DNA from: a virus
Lineage: Duplodnaviria; Caudoviricetes
IMG/VR virus record: IMGVR_UViG_3300038675_001008
Coordinates: 1-28,328 of that record
DNA: 28,328 bases
Reading direction: 5' to 3' (one strand)
The translations under genes were made by a program, and so were the position numbers. Under the pieces are notes generated by a model. The model searched no databases, was not told the origin of the DNA, and worked only from the letters and a program-made list of their open reading frames with translations. Positions 9,485 through 21,484 of the stretch are shown one piece after another; the first letter of the stretch is position 1, and each line of letters starts with the position of its first letter.

Positions 9485-9638
9485 TAGTTGATGACATGTT
9501 TCCCACCTGATACATTAGCCGTCTATTCTGTATTACCAGTATCTCGGTCGTATTAAGCTCGAATAAAAAAGAGATTGGCAGAATATCCCCTCTATTTGAC
9601 TATGTCTAATCAGAAATATAACAAGATAGAGGTTACGT

Positions 9639-12309
9639 TTGCTGAAAGCTATTCTGGTTACATTCCTAAACGATCTGCAGAAGATCATTAACCGGGGAGA
9701 CGCCCGGGAAGAGTCCTTTTATCATTGTCTGAAGGACATGATCGAAGCCTATGCCAAGCTGAATAAGATCAGCAAATGCGAAGTGGGTATCCTGCCCAAG
9801 ACCTCCGAAGCCGGAAACCCGGACTTCCGTGTCTGGAATGGCAAAGCCCACATCACTGGCTATATCGAAACCAAGAAACCGGAGACCTACAAGCTCGACC
9901 CCATCGCAGTAAGCGAACAGCTCAAGCGTTACCTGGCTACCTTTCCCAATCTCATCCTCACCAACTTCTATGAGTTCCGTCTCTATCAGCATGGTCAGTT
10001 TATAGATAGTGTTACAATTGCCAGTTCGATCAATGCCACCCAGATGCTTATTGCCCATCCAGCTTCGCATTTGATGAGCTTGCAACCTTGCTTGACCGTT
10101 ATTTCAGCTTTTCCCTGCCTGCCATCACAGACCCCAAGAGTTTGGCTAATGCACTGGCAAAACGTACCCGCTTCCTACGAAACGAAATCATCACCACCCA
10201 ACTGGCAGAGGAGGATATGCAGGACAAGAAGGTGGTGTTGAACTTCTATGAAACACTCAAGAAGCTGCTGATCAACAATCTGACCATAGAGCAGTTTGCC
10301 GACCTATATGCCCAAACCCTTACCTAATTCTTGATCCTGCTGCTGGCACTCTCACCTTTCCTGGTGAAGCCATCAACATGGCCATTGAATAGCAGGCAGG
10401 CAAATACGGCGAGGGCACCGTCCATAACCTGATCAAACATCACATCCTGCCCCACTTCCACGCCATTGAACTGATGATGGCGCCCTACACCGTGGGACAC
10501 CTCAAGATCAGCTACCTGCTGGCGGAACATGGCTATGAATTGTGCGAGGAAAAACGCTTCAAGCTCTATCTCTCCAACACCTTGGAGCCGGACACTCCCC
10601 AGCAAACCGAACTGCCCATTGCCCACGACATCAGCGAGGAATGCGCCCTGGCAAACAAGGTCAAGCATGAGGAACCGATCATGGTGATCATGGGAAACCC
10701 GCCCTATAGCGGAGCCAGCGAAAACAACAACGCCTGGACGGAAAAGCTGTTGAAGACCGATTTGGACGGCGCGCAGAGTTATTACACCGTTGACGGCATG
10801 CCCCTGAACGAAAAGAACCCCAAAGGGCTGCAGGATGACTATGTGAAGTTCCTGCGCTTTGCCCAATGGAAGATACACAAGGCGGGCAAGGGCATCGTGG
10901 GCATGATCACCAACCACGGCTATCTGGACAACCCCACCTTCCGCGGCATGCGCCAGAGCCTGATGCGCACCTTCGATGAAATCTATGTGCTCGACCTGCA
11001 TGGCAACAGTCTGAAAGGGGAAACCTGCGACAGCACGGACGAGAACGTCTTCGATATCAAGCAGGGAACCGCCATCATCCTGATGGTGAAAGGTGTTGAT
11101 AGCAAAGAAACAAGAGTGTGCCACCACGAGCTGTTCGGGCTACGCCAGTCCAAGTATGACTGGCTGGAAAACAAGCAGTTCCAGTCCGGAGATTATCAGG
11201 AACTAAATCCCGGTTCACCCTTCTACCTCTTCCGCCCGGAAGCCGCCGGAAACGAGCATTACCTCCAGTGGCGTAGCCTGCCGGAAATCTTCCCGCTCAA
11301 CAGCGTGGGCATCGTTACCGCCAGGGATGGGCTTACGATCCGCGATACGCCTGACCAGGTGCGCAATACCATCCACCACTTCGCCTCGTTGGACCCGGAA
11401 AGCGCGAGAGCTGCCTATCAGCTTGGCAAAGATGCCAAGGACTGGAAGGTCGAGCTTGCCCAGAAAGACCTCAAGGATAGCGGCTTGAGTAACAGCAAGA
11501 TAGTCCCCATCCTCTACCGACCCTTTGACACCCGCTATACTTACTTCACAGGTAAAAGCGGTGGGTTTCATTGCAGAGCACGTAATGAGGTCATGAGGTA
11601 TATGCTGGAAGAGAATGTGGGGATAATAGCAAGAAGACAGCAACTCACTGGAAAAGAATGCAATTATGTTTTCATATCTAAATACATTATCTCGGACGGT
11701 GTAATACGCTCTGATAATAAAGGAAGTGAGTCAGTCTTCCCCCTCTACATCTACCCGGACGAGCAAAAAGAAGACATCTTCGCCAGTGACGAGCGGGAAT
11801 ACAACATCGCTTCCGGGCTTTTGGAGCAGTTCAGCAGGCAGTGGCCCCAGTTCCAGCCGGAGCAGCTATTTTATTACGTCTATGCCGTCCTGCACAGCAA
11901 TCAATACCGCCAGCGTTTTGCGCAGTATCTCAGGATGGATTTCCCCCGCATACCGTTTACAGATGATTACGAGTTGTTCGGCCTGCTTGCAGGATATGGT
12001 AAAGAGCTTGCTGACATTCATCTTCTGAAGAGTCCGCGCTTGAACACTCCCATAGCAAAGTATCAGGGTAGCGGTTCTAATGATTTGGTAGAATTCATCA
12101 AGTATGAGGACAAGAGTATCGTGCAGATCAACCCGGACAAGCACTTCGAGGGCATCACCCCGGAGCTTTGGAACTATCACATTGGCGGCTACCAGGTGCT
12201 GCACAAATACATGAAAGGCCACAAAGGTAAGAGCTTGAGCAATCTCATCCATTATTGCCTGATGGTTATAGCTTTAGCATTAACAATCGACATTCAGGCT
12301 AAGAAGTAA
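9639..12309 (+). pseudogene. Degenerate single-chain restriction-modification enzyme (N6-adenine MTase, Type ISP/IIG-like)
   Basis: N-terminal GNPDF...YIETK nuclease-like motif; frameshift near 10070; stop and likely deletion at 10325; ILDPAAGT (motif I) at 10327; in-frame TAG at 10390; GNPPY (motif IV); C-terminal YRPFD, DFPRIP, YHIGGYQVL. Confidence 0.85.
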
Positions 12310-12315
12310 AATCCT

Positions 12316-12342
12316 AAAAAGCCCGGGTTGCCCCGGGCTTTT
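12316..12342. terminator. Bidirectional intrinsic terminator
   Basis: AAAAAGCCCGGG-TTGC-CCCGGGCTTTT between convergent genes. Confidence 0.85.
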
Positions 12343-12359
12343 CACAATGCCGTTTGATG

Positions 12360-15300
12360 CTACTTTACCATAATCATCTTTTTAGTAATGGTCTTATCTT
12401 GTGCCTTAAGCTGATAAAAGTAGACTCCTGATGATACTGGCTTTCCATTATCATCACGACCATTCCATATCAATGTGTGATTCCCTTGGGTAGAAATGCC
12501 ACTTTGCAGCGTTTTTACCTTTTGGCCCTTAATATTGTAAATAGATAAGGAACATTGCATATCGGCAGGCAGCGAAAATGAGATAGAGGTTGAAGGATTA
12601 AATGGATTAGGATAGTTATTGTGCAATACAGGGATTTGCGGAAGAATGGGAATTGTATTTGTACCATCTTCTTGGTTAGCACCATTTGCTGGAGAATACA
12701 AAGCAGTTAGAATTGCGTTGGTTTTCTGCTCGTATTGAGTCCTTGATTTTGGTACAAGTTGCGGGTATTGGCATGTGATCTGAGCTTTGGGCGAGTTTTC
12801 TTGCATCAGGAGGTACACATAGCCTAAGTCAATCACTGCCATCAATGAATCCAACTCGCATTCCGGATCAGAGATTATATCCTCAAACCATGAGATCGCA
12901 GCTTGGTAATCACCCATTTTGATATTACAATAGTTCTCTAAATAGTCTGCTAACTTATCAATTTCTCCGTTCCAATGAAGATTAGGCTCGGTTGCATAGT
13001 AATCTTTTAGAGCCTGCTTGTCCTCTTCAAGGGCTAGAAGGTTTTTAGCTGAAGCTGGAGCAAAGTCGCTTTCAGGAAACTGAGAAATCAAGTTTTTAAA
13101 AAGCGCTACTGCCCCGACAGTATCCTCAGCTAAAGCTAAATCAATTGCATTGTGATAAATAAGCTCATCATTTTCCCAAGTGATTACTGAAGGAGGACCT
13201 GGATTCCATAAAGGATTGAGATTGAATCCGATCTCAAAAGCACTAGGATTAATACATGCGGGTTCGAATCTTTCTTCTTCAGGATAGATTGGCAAGCCCT
13301 GTGGGTCAGAACCCCAATAATTCAATCCTAAATCTCGACTCCTGGTCATGTTTGGGCAAAAGACCAGGTATTTATCAAAAGTGTCGGGGTTGTATGGCGC
13401 ATCCAGTATTTTATTCATACCACGAGCCATCTGTAAATCACAATCATCGGTGAACAATATTTCCATCCATGTGTTATTTGTTATACAAGAATCGTGGAAC
13501 CAAGGAGCTGAATTAGGATCTTTTAAAATCTCAACATTGCTGCCCCTGTAGGCAATTACTCCTTTTTGATTTCCTGAGATTTGACATCCGATAATTCTTG
13601 CGCTTGAGTGATACATACGAATTCCATCTTGGGAGTTGCTGATAATGCTGCAATTCTCAATTGTATTTCTACCATAAGACTCGTGTAAGTTTATCCCATT
13701 TCTCACATTGCCAGTTATTGTATAGCCGTAGATGTTCGTTACCCCACAGTTTATCAAGGTGATACCGTCGCTCAGCCCTGTAATGTAGCATGGATTCTCA
13801 GTGTTGTTTTCTATCTTAACGAGTTCACTTCCAGTACAATAAACCCCACTTAGCATAGAACAGTCTTTGATTTCTACACTGGCACGATTCATAGATATTG
13901 GTGAATCGACGAAGTAGCTATTATATATGTTTACGTACCCATTTTCCTTATATAGAGGACAGTTATTGAACAAAGCTTGGTCAATATCTAACGTCCCGTT
14001 AGAATAATCGCGTATTCCATCCCAATTTGTTATACCTGCAACTACCGCTCCATTATTGATGTTAAGTGTCCCATACACTTCAACACAATTACCAGGTATC
14101 GAAATTCTGATTGATGAAAACTCATCAGGAGTGAAGGTTGTTTTCTCACCAGTTAACATTGAACCTTCAGCTAGGATAAAGGTGCCACCATTCTCAACTA
14201 CTATTTTCGCATTTTTGCCGCCAAAGCTACTTAGATTTAGCGAATTCTGTAGAGTAACTGTTCTGCCAGATGGAATAATAAAGTCCCACTTCTGATCCGT
14301 AACACTACTTATGACTTCGCTATTTCTTCCTATCCGTTTGATATACGGTTTAAAATCATGTTTTGTAATGCAGATATCTCTATAATCGAATGTGCAAGTA
14401 GCAATGCCGGATGCGTTTGTGTATGTCCTGAGATATCCATCCCCATTCTGATTAGTGAATACTACTGATGCTCCATCTAAAGGATTGCCATTATAACTTA
14501 CATGAACGGAATTAGATGAATGATCAAAGGCAACAGTCATCTGTAATGGTATTGATGTCCACATATCCATTTCAGGATCACCAAAATAGGTTGTAGATAA
14601 ATCTAGTAATCTACCTTCACTTGCAATTTGTTTGGCCGTTGCTAACGCGCGACCAGCGTTATATACTTGGTTATTGAAAATCTGCTGCAGGAAATACTTT
14701 TCAATATTTTCGGAAAGCACTCTAAAACCATCATGTGTATTTGCAATCATGGCAGGTCCCCCCATTCCTTCCGTATAACAGGTATAAGATTCTGCCATGC
14801 ATATCAAATCCGCCCAAGGGTCGGAGAAATCATTGATGCTCCCAGAGGTGTCATCATGTTTCGCAGTCATACACGATACTGAATATAATATACCATATTT
14901 CCCATTAGCTAGTAGGTTGTCAAAACCGTTTCCATTTTCCTGACAACAATCCTGAGGGTATGAGTCAAGCGATGTAACGTTATATCCATACCATTTGTTA
15001 TTTATAATAACTCCATTTTTTTTAGATGTGAAATATTTCATACCGTGTTCATACCAGTTTATTAGACCAAATCCTTCTCTCATTCTTTGAATGGTCATTG
15101 AACCAGTTGGCCAACCATGACGAGCATGCAAGTATGTCGTTCCACCTGTGAAATTTGAAAACTCATTCGATAGTGTGCCAGCGTATACATAATAATCGTT
15201 ATATTCGGACATAAGCCCGGTGTTCATGAAATTTTTCATCAGATAACTATCATCCCCAAATCCAGGATTGGTTTCGTAAGTAATTGTTTTTTCTACCCAT

Positions 15301-16505
15301 CTGCGAATTTTCTCATGGGGTGAGATGTCATCCTGAGGAGTAGCCAATATGCGACCGACAAATATTTCTGGGCCGTTTTGAATAATATCATCAAGTTCAC
15401 CATAGTATCCATTAGCATCACCTTCAACGTTATAATCACCATCAAAATCGGAGAAGTAGAGGTCAACTGACACTCGATTTCTAACATTGTAAGGAGCCCA
15501 ATGCTCTATATTCCCAGTTGCCTTCCAAGAATTATTTCCGACGCAACAATATCGCACTGTTAGAAATTCATCGTTAGAATTAGGTGATTGGTCTACATCG
15601 GTACCACCGCCAACAATTATTGCGTAAGATAGACAGTGATTAGTATACATATCCTTCAGATAAGCCCTTATTCTTCCAGCAAGATCTGTAATTGGATGGG
15701 GATGCCAATTATCACCCTGAGGATATTCATCATAAATCGACTCTGTTGTTTTATATACTGTTTTGACTCCTTTGAGTGACTTCCATTTAATGAAATCAGT
15801 AAAATCAGATTCATATTGAGCCGGACCGATGATTACTTCCTCGATATCAGTAGTCTCAGGTATTATATTTATGTTTGGCTGATACATATAAGTAGATATG
15901 TCGCCTGTATTAGATACAAGAGCCTGCAGTGCTCTTAAGGTAAGGTCATGGTCTCGAGCAATTCTCGAAATCGGCACTGCTGCTGGTTGTTCCCCATTAA
16001 CAAGGTTCAATGAAAAAGAGATGTTTTGATTAAATACAATAATACCACTTTGAGGAATATATTGTATAGGATATACAGCAACAACCGCAATTCGGTTAGC
16101 ACCTGCGAAATACTCATGTCTAAGGATTTGAACACATTGATTTGGGTATAAGTTGTTTAAAGAATAGATTGAGGAATCAGGTTCAGCAGCATCTGGAGGA
16201 TTCAATATAGAATCAAATCCAGGTGAAGGCATAACATTATGCGTACCAGGTAATTGTGTTTGACTAGTTGTTATTTGGATGGAACCAACACTCATTCCAA
16301 TGGGAATAATGAAATGTAAATACTGAACGGGTAGTTCTGGTGCTCCTCGAAGATTAGTTTTGAGAAGATCATTGTAATCCACGACTTAATAGCCCCGGGA
16401 ATCGCTTGAAAATGAAACGTTTGATAGTTGGAATGATGCAGTATAAGATATACCATGCAGCATGCCAACAGTGACAACCATTACAATAAGTACGATGGTT
16501 TTCAT
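12360..16505 (-). pseudogene. C25 (gingipain-family) cysteine peptidase with propeptide, beta-helix, TPR-like region and FlgD-Ig/T9SS-like CTD; one premature stop at codon 40
   Basis: GGAGG RBS, ATG at 16505 and signal peptide MKTIVLIVMVVTVGMLHG; in-frame TAA at 16388-16386; then GAPELP propeptide, IFVGRI, WYEHG and SVSC catalytic motifs, FGDPEM, and CTD NYPNPFNPST...SSGVYFY. Confidence 0.85.
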
Positions 16506-16515
16506 TTTAACCTCC

Positions 16516-18075
16516 TTATTGGTTAATTAGTATCATTTTCATGATCTTAGATGAATATCTTGGACCGATTAAACGGTAGAAATATATTCCGGATGATACT
16601 AGATGATTCTGGGAATCTCTTCCGTTCCAACAAGTTGTCAAACTGCCATTAACGGACAAGTCCCGGATTTTCTGCCCCTTGATGTTGAAAATTTCAATAC
16701 GAAATTCCATCATATTATGATCAGGCACTTTGTAGCTGAATGTCGTCGAGTGTTTGAAGGGATTGGGATAGTTGTGAATCCACTCCCCGGCTGGCATGAC
16801 GGGGTCGTCAGCATCAGATGGATTCAGGGAGTAAACTGTTGCCGTATTGAAAGTTCCGCCGTCACTCACCAGAACGTCATCGTGATGGTCTCCGTTTAAA
16901 TCTCCCAGATCAACACCGATTCCACTAGTTGATAAGCAGGGAGTTATCGTTATTGAATAGGTTGGCTGAGATGGAAGGTTTTCTCCACCCAAATAAAAAT
17001 CTACATGGTCCTCTCTCCACATATAAATCCCAAGATCGTCATATTCATCATTGTTAATATTACAATAAAACGCGATTGTCTGCATCAGTTGTGTTTGGCT
17101 ATTTTCAATATAGAAGGTGGAATAATCTGTGATCATGCCTTCATTGCCCCAATAAACATATAGTGAATCATAGAATGGGATACATATATCATCATATCCG
17201 TCTCCATTGATGTCACCATTTGCCAACAAGTTAGAATCCTTCATAAATGGGTGCGGCAGAGTTAATGAGAAAGATACTTCCGGATTTTTGAATGCTGGCC
17301 CTCCATAGTAAATATCAAGATAGAGAGGATCGTAATCACCAAAACCCTGGCGGGATAATATCAAGTCATCGATGCTATCACCATTGATATCTCCGACCGC
17401 GTATTGATAACCCACTCTGATCTCATAAGGTTCGGAACCCTGAAAGTGAACATCGATTGTTGTATCCATTGGATTACCACCAAATAAGATATCCACATTA
17501 CCTTCATGAAACTGGCTATCCTCATCCACACACAGGATATCGTCAAACCCATCATTATTGAAATCGTATCCTCCGTTGAAAGCTGTGAATCCTCCCCAAT
17601 ACGGAAGTTGAAAAGTCAGATCAGGATTGATGTTGAAGGGGGAGTCACTAAATGATATCACTGCATACATACCCATATAGCCTTGATAGGTTGCGACAAA
17701 GTCGTTTAATCCATCTCCATTTAAATCACCATGCCAGGTGACACATGCTCCGGAAATGTTCTCACTTGGCCAGTTATAGATGCAATTGGGGATATTGCTT
17801 AGAACAGAGTTACCCCAAAAGCAAACAACATCAACACCTGATGTATTCGTATATCCAAATGCTTTGATATAATCATCATACCCGTCGTGATTGGCATCTG
17901 AACCACGCTTTGCAGGTTGACTTTCATAAGGGAAACGAATCTGGTTGATATAATCTGCTCCTGGTGCCTGGTATTGGCATAAGGGAGTGAGTGTTGTTTG
18001 TGCATAAGAAGCGCTAAAAAACAATAATGCATTGAGCAATAACACCCAAAAAAGTATTCGCCGGTTACGAACCAT
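16516..18075 (-). CDS. Secreted FG-GAP-repeat beta-propeller protein with FlgD-Ig/T9SS-like CTD
   Basis: Seven DxNxDxxxD-type repeats; signal peptide MVRNRRILFWVLLLNALLFFSASYA; CTD NYPNPF...IFNIKGQKI...SSGIYFY. Start uncertain (frame open to 18207). Confidence 0.85.
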   Translation of the reverse strand: MVRNRRILFWVLLLNALLFFSASYAQTTLTPLCQYQAPGADYINQIRFPYESQPAKRGSDANHDGYDDYIKAFGYTNTSGVDVVCFWGNSVLSNIPNCIYNWPSENISGACVTWHGDLNGDGLNDFVATYQGYMGMYAVISFSDSPFNINPDLTFQLPYWGGFTAFNGGYDFNNDGFDDILCVDEDSQFHEGNVDILFGGNPMDTTIDVHFQGSEPYEIRVGYQYAVGDINGDSIDDLILSRQGFGDYDPLYLDIYYGGPAFKNPEVSFSLTLPHPFMKDSNLLANGDINGDGYDDICIPFYDSLYVYWGNEGMITDYSTFYIENSQTQLMQTIAFYCNINNDEYDDLGIYMWREDHVDFYLGGENLPSQPTYSITITPCLSTSGIGVDLGDLNGDHHDDVLVSDGGTFNTATVYSLNPSDADDPVMPAGEWIHNYPNPFKHSTTFSYKVPDHNMMEFRIEIFNIKGQKIRDLSVNGSLTTCWNGRDSQNHLVSSGIYFYRLIGPRYSSKIMKMILINQ

Positions 18076-18378
18076 GCCTCTGAAACAATAAAACAGCCCC
18101 ATCATAACAAAAACCCCCGCATATAATTGAGAACTAGGCTTATTTCTGCACACACAAGTGCTTTCGCCTCTCTGAAGAAAAAGCGTGTAGAAAACCTTGT
18201 TTTTCATTTCTACCTACCTAATACTTATTGTATTTATACTATTACTTTCTGCAATATAGTAGGACTAACGTGTAGAGGTAACATGCAGCGACGCTTAGTT
18301 TTTAATTTATGAATTTCAGTTTCTACTCACGCTGAGTTGATAAGAAATCACTCCCATAATTCTGTCAAGAAATTTCTT

Positions 18379-18403
18379 TCTCATCTTTACCCATCCTGAT
18401 TTG
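18379..18403 (+). promoter_or_regulatory. Putative late-promoter/activator motif, copy 2
   Basis: TCTCAT-N5-CCCATCCTGATTTG, 65 nt upstream of the endolysin start. Confidence 0.55.
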
Positions 18404-18468
18404 TCAGCACACAGGGTAGTGCTTTCCTGTCGCCGGATCGATGATCACATCTGGAACAAGGAGATAGC

Positions 18469-18894
18469 ATGACCGAAGCGTTGATGAACCGAATCAAAGC
18501 TCAATTAGTCAGACACGAGGGTTTGAGGCTGAAGCCATACCGCTGTACTGCAGGTAAGTTGACCATTGGTTATGGCCGTAATCTCGATGATAGGGGTATC
18601 TCCCGGAAAGAAGCCTATGCCATGTTGGATAGGGATATCCGAGACTGCGAGCAATGGCTGATCGATAAGATACCCGATATCTATAATAACCTCGATGAGG
18701 TTCGCCAGTCGGTGCTGCTCAATATGTGTTTCAACTTGGGGATCAAGGGTCTGCTTAGTTTCAAGAACACGCTGCGTTTTATAGCTACCGGAGACTGGGA
18801 ACGAGCCGCGAATGGCATGTTAGCCTCCAAGTGGGCGAAGCAAGTGGGTATGAGAGCGATTGAGCTTTCCGAGCTGATGAGGAAGGGCCAGTGA
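18469..18894 (+). CDS. Endolysin (GH24 / T4-type lysozyme)
   Basis: HEGLRLKPYRCTAGKLTIGYGRNL, NMCFNLG, SKWAKQV; AAGGAG RBS. Confidence 0.92.
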   Translation: MTEALMNRIKAQLVRHEGLRLKPYRCTAGKLTIGYGRNLDDRGISRKEAYAMLDRDIRDCEQWLIDKIPDIYNNLDEVRQSVLLNMCFNLGIKGLLSFKNTLRFIATGDWERAANGMLASKWAKQVGMRAIELSELMRKGQ

Positions 18895-19349
18895 TACCCA
18901 TCCCGGTCGAGACCGATGCCATGCTTGCCATCCTCAACCTGCCCAAGGAGATGTCCGACAACGGCATTTTCAGGGAGCATCAGGACCTGGTAATGGAGAT
19001 GATCCGTTCAATCGTGCTGCAGCAGTTTTATGATCACGCTACCCACGATGATCTGCCTGAAGATGATCCCCTGCTGATCTCTTTTCGTTTTGGGTTCTGT
19101 TTCCTGATGCTGCACAGCACTTGCGAGTTTCTCAATTTGAAGACCCTGGGCGAGGGAATAGTCAAGACCGTAGGATTAGACCAGTCGGCCACCGAACTGC
19201 TCACAGGAAGCGAAATAGACGCCTTCAAAGCCAACCTTGAACTGAGGTCGCTTACCGTCTTGAGTTCTTATCTCAATCCAGCCGGCCTGGAACGCCTGAA
19301 CGAACTCAAACCCAGACAGCCTCGTGCTATTCGCATTGGAGTGATCTGA
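18891..19349 (+). CDS. Hypothetical phage protein (possible head-tail adaptor)
   Basis: GTGA overlap with the endolysin stop; lies in the structural operon. Confidence 0.65.
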   Translation: MIPIPVETDAMLAILNLPKEMSDNGIFREHQDLVMEMIRSIVLQQFYDHATHDDLPEDDPLLISFRFGFCFLMLHSTCEFLNLKTLGEGIVKTVGLDQSATELLTGSEIDAFKANLELRSLTVLSSYLNPAGLERLNELKPRQPRAIRIGVI

Positions 19350-19840
19350 TGCCTGATCGTGACTATACTTCTCCGGATGAACTGATGCGGGATATCTACC
19401 TGGCTATATATGCCGCACTGGAGAGCCGATTGCACCTGATCGGTTCTGTGATCGATGCCGAGTCCCGTAAAGAGATCCTGGCACAGCAGATCTATGACAA
19501 GGGCGATTTTTACGGCAATACGGGTTATCTGGTCGAGACCAGTCCTTCCACTATGATCCTCAGGGTAGGCTCCAATGTGAAACACGAGCCTTTCGTTTTG
19601 GGCGGCAAAGTGCCTTCCTGGACTCCGATCGCCCCGCTGATCGCCTGGGTCGAACGCAAGCACCTGTCCTGGACTGATAAAGAGACAGGAAAAGCTCTGA
19701 CCGTTGCCAGGATCGCCTATCTCATCCGGGGCAAGATCAAGCGGGAAGGCATTGTCGCCCGAAACGTTTTTGCTCAGGTGATCGCCAACCGGGAGCAGTG
19801 GATCTATCAGCAGTTGAACGATATCGAGGTGAGCCTGTGA
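19349..19840 (+). CDS. Virion morphogenesis/neck protein (HK97 gp10-like)
   Basis: YDKGDF...VGSNVKHEPFVLGG...IKREGI resembles the gp10-like pattern; translationally coupled. Confidence 0.6.
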   Translation: MPDRDYTSPDELMRDIYLAIYAALESRLHLIGSVIDAESRKEILAQQIYDKGDFYGNTGYLVETSPSTMILRVGSNVKHEPFVLGGKVPSWTPIAPLIAWVERKHLSWTDKETGKALTVARIAYLIRGKIKREGIVARNVFAQVIANREQWIYQQLNDIEVSL

Positions 19841-20238
19841 CTCCACTCGAGAAGTACCAGGACGAACGCAAGCGCATCTCTGAGGCTCTGAAGATGGCAG
19901 GCGTGGTTGAAACCCTCTACAACAAGGACAATATCCCCAAGAAGCTGCCCTGCGCCATCCTGATCCTCGATTCCGAGACAGGTAAGAATGGCACCTCCCG
20001 GCAGTATGTGGACACCGATATCGTCTGGACAGTCTTCCTGATCGTCAATGCCCAGAATGTGTCTGATCCGGACTCTGAACTTTACTCACTCAAAGAGAAG
20101 TTCCGGAGTTTCTACCTCAAGCTGATGAACCGGGATCTGCCCAGTATCGAATACTATACCAGCCGGATAGATGGCACCCGTCTGGTACGCATCGCCAAGA
20201 TCGACCTGCTGAAAAGCGGCAGCGGAGCGGGCTCATGA
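19837..20238 (+). CDS. Hypothetical phage protein (possible tail terminator)
   Basis: GTGA overlap, GAGG RBS, LPCAILI motif, and size and position. Confidence 0.55.
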   Translation: MTPLEKYQDERKRISEALKMAGVVETLYNKDNIPKKLPCAILILDSETGKNGTSRQYVDTDIVWTVFLIVNAQNVSDPDSELYSLKEKFRSFYLKLMNRDLPSIEYYTSRIDGTRLVRIAKIDLLKSGSGAGS

Positions 20239-21428
20239 GAGTGATGCGTATCGGTGCCCATAACCTGGCGATCAGCTCAGCGAGTGATCTCCTGGAGAGC
20301 AAGTACAAGCCTGAACCTGTTGATCTAACCAAACTGAGTAGAGTCGGTAAGCAACTTGTCAGCAAAGCAGCCGAGGCCAGAAAAGTGGTTTCACAGCCCT
20401 ATTCGATGAGCAAGCTGCTCAACCTCTTGGATACCGATGAGTACCACTCCGGTTGTATCGATGCCCTGACTATGGCTACCATCATGCAGTTCGAGTGCAG
20501 CAACAGCAAGGTAACTGCTTGGATGGAAACTGCCGAGTTTCCCGCCTGTGAAGACCAGAGCTCCATCCTGGCGGAACTGATGAGGTTCTATCTCGCCTGC
20601 GGTAACGGCTTCCTGGTCAAGATGCGGAACGCCCAGGGTCAGTGGATGGGACTGGAGAGGATGCTGCCTTCCGAAGTACAGATCGTGGAGAACTATGACG
20701 GGTTCGGCTTCTTCAAACCCAACTACATCCAGATTAAGAACAACAAGAAGAAAGATTTTGCCTACGAGGACATCATCCATGTAAAGAAGTCCACCCACAG
20801 ATCCAATGCCTGGGGCCTGGCCTGCCTGCCTATCGCCATCAACATCGAGATCTTAGGCGAGATCAAGACCTTCGACTACAACAACTTCAAGAACGGCCTG
20901 ATGATCGACTATTTCGTGATTGTGGAGGGCGGAACGCTGAGAGACGGAACCGTTACTGATGAGCAGGGCAATGAAGTGCTGACCGATGCCTATACCGAGA
21001 TCGAGAAAGCGCTCACCGAGGTCAAAGGCAATGCCAGGAGCCACTCCACCGTCCTGATCGAGAGTGAGAGCCGGGACGTGAAAATACGTCTCGAACCGCT
21101 CAGACAGCAGGACCGGGAAGGCGGCTTCTTAGGGCTTAAGAAAGACCTCCGGGAAGGCATCCTCGCCTATCACCGGGTGCCCGCCAGGATCGTATCCCAG
21201 CTTATCCCAGGACAGCTTGGTGGCGATAACCGCAGCGATATGCTTATGTTCTACCACTTCGTGGTCAAACCGCTGCAGAACCGCCTGGCACTAACCCTGG
21301 CAGTAGAGTTCAACTATGAGTTCGGTTGGAACGTGAAACCAGATGATTTCAACTTCGGTAACCTGACCGAGGTACTGCAGAGTGACGATGAAAAGCTCTT
21401 CATGCAGAACCGGAACTTCGGAGCATAG
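20235..21428 (+). CDS. Portal protein (PBSX / P2 gpQ-like)
   Basis: YLACGNGFL, DIIHVK, WGL, NNFKNG, ILAYHRVP, VVKPLQ motifs. Confidence 0.88.
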   Translation: MRVMRIGAHNLAISSASDLLESKYKPEPVDLTKLSRVGKQLVSKAAEARKVVSQPYSMSKLLNLLDTDEYHSGCIDALTMATIMQFECSNSKVTAWMETAEFPACEDQSSILAELMRFYLACGNGFLVKMRNAQGQWMGLERMLPSEVQIVENYDGFGFFKPNYIQIKNNKKKDFAYEDIIHVKKSTHRSNAWGLACLPIAINIEILGEIKTFDYNNFKNGLMIDYFVIVEGGTLRDGTVTDEQGNEVLTDAYTEIEKALTEVKGNARSHSTVLIESESRDVKIRLEPLRQQDREGGFLGLKKDLREGILAYHRVPARIVSQLIPGQLGGDNRSDMLMFYHFVVKPLQNRLALTLAVEFNYEFGWNVKPDDFNFGNLTEVLQSDDEKLFMQNRNFGA

Positions 21429-21484
21429 CTATGTATCTTATCCACATTAACAATCAACCAGTTAAGAATAACAAAGGAGGTAGC

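Noticed and set aside
18076-18360. Riboswitch or attenuator upstream of the FG-GAP gene
   Set aside because: G-runs followed by T-runs exist on the minus strand, but there is no convincing complementary arm or known aptamer pattern.
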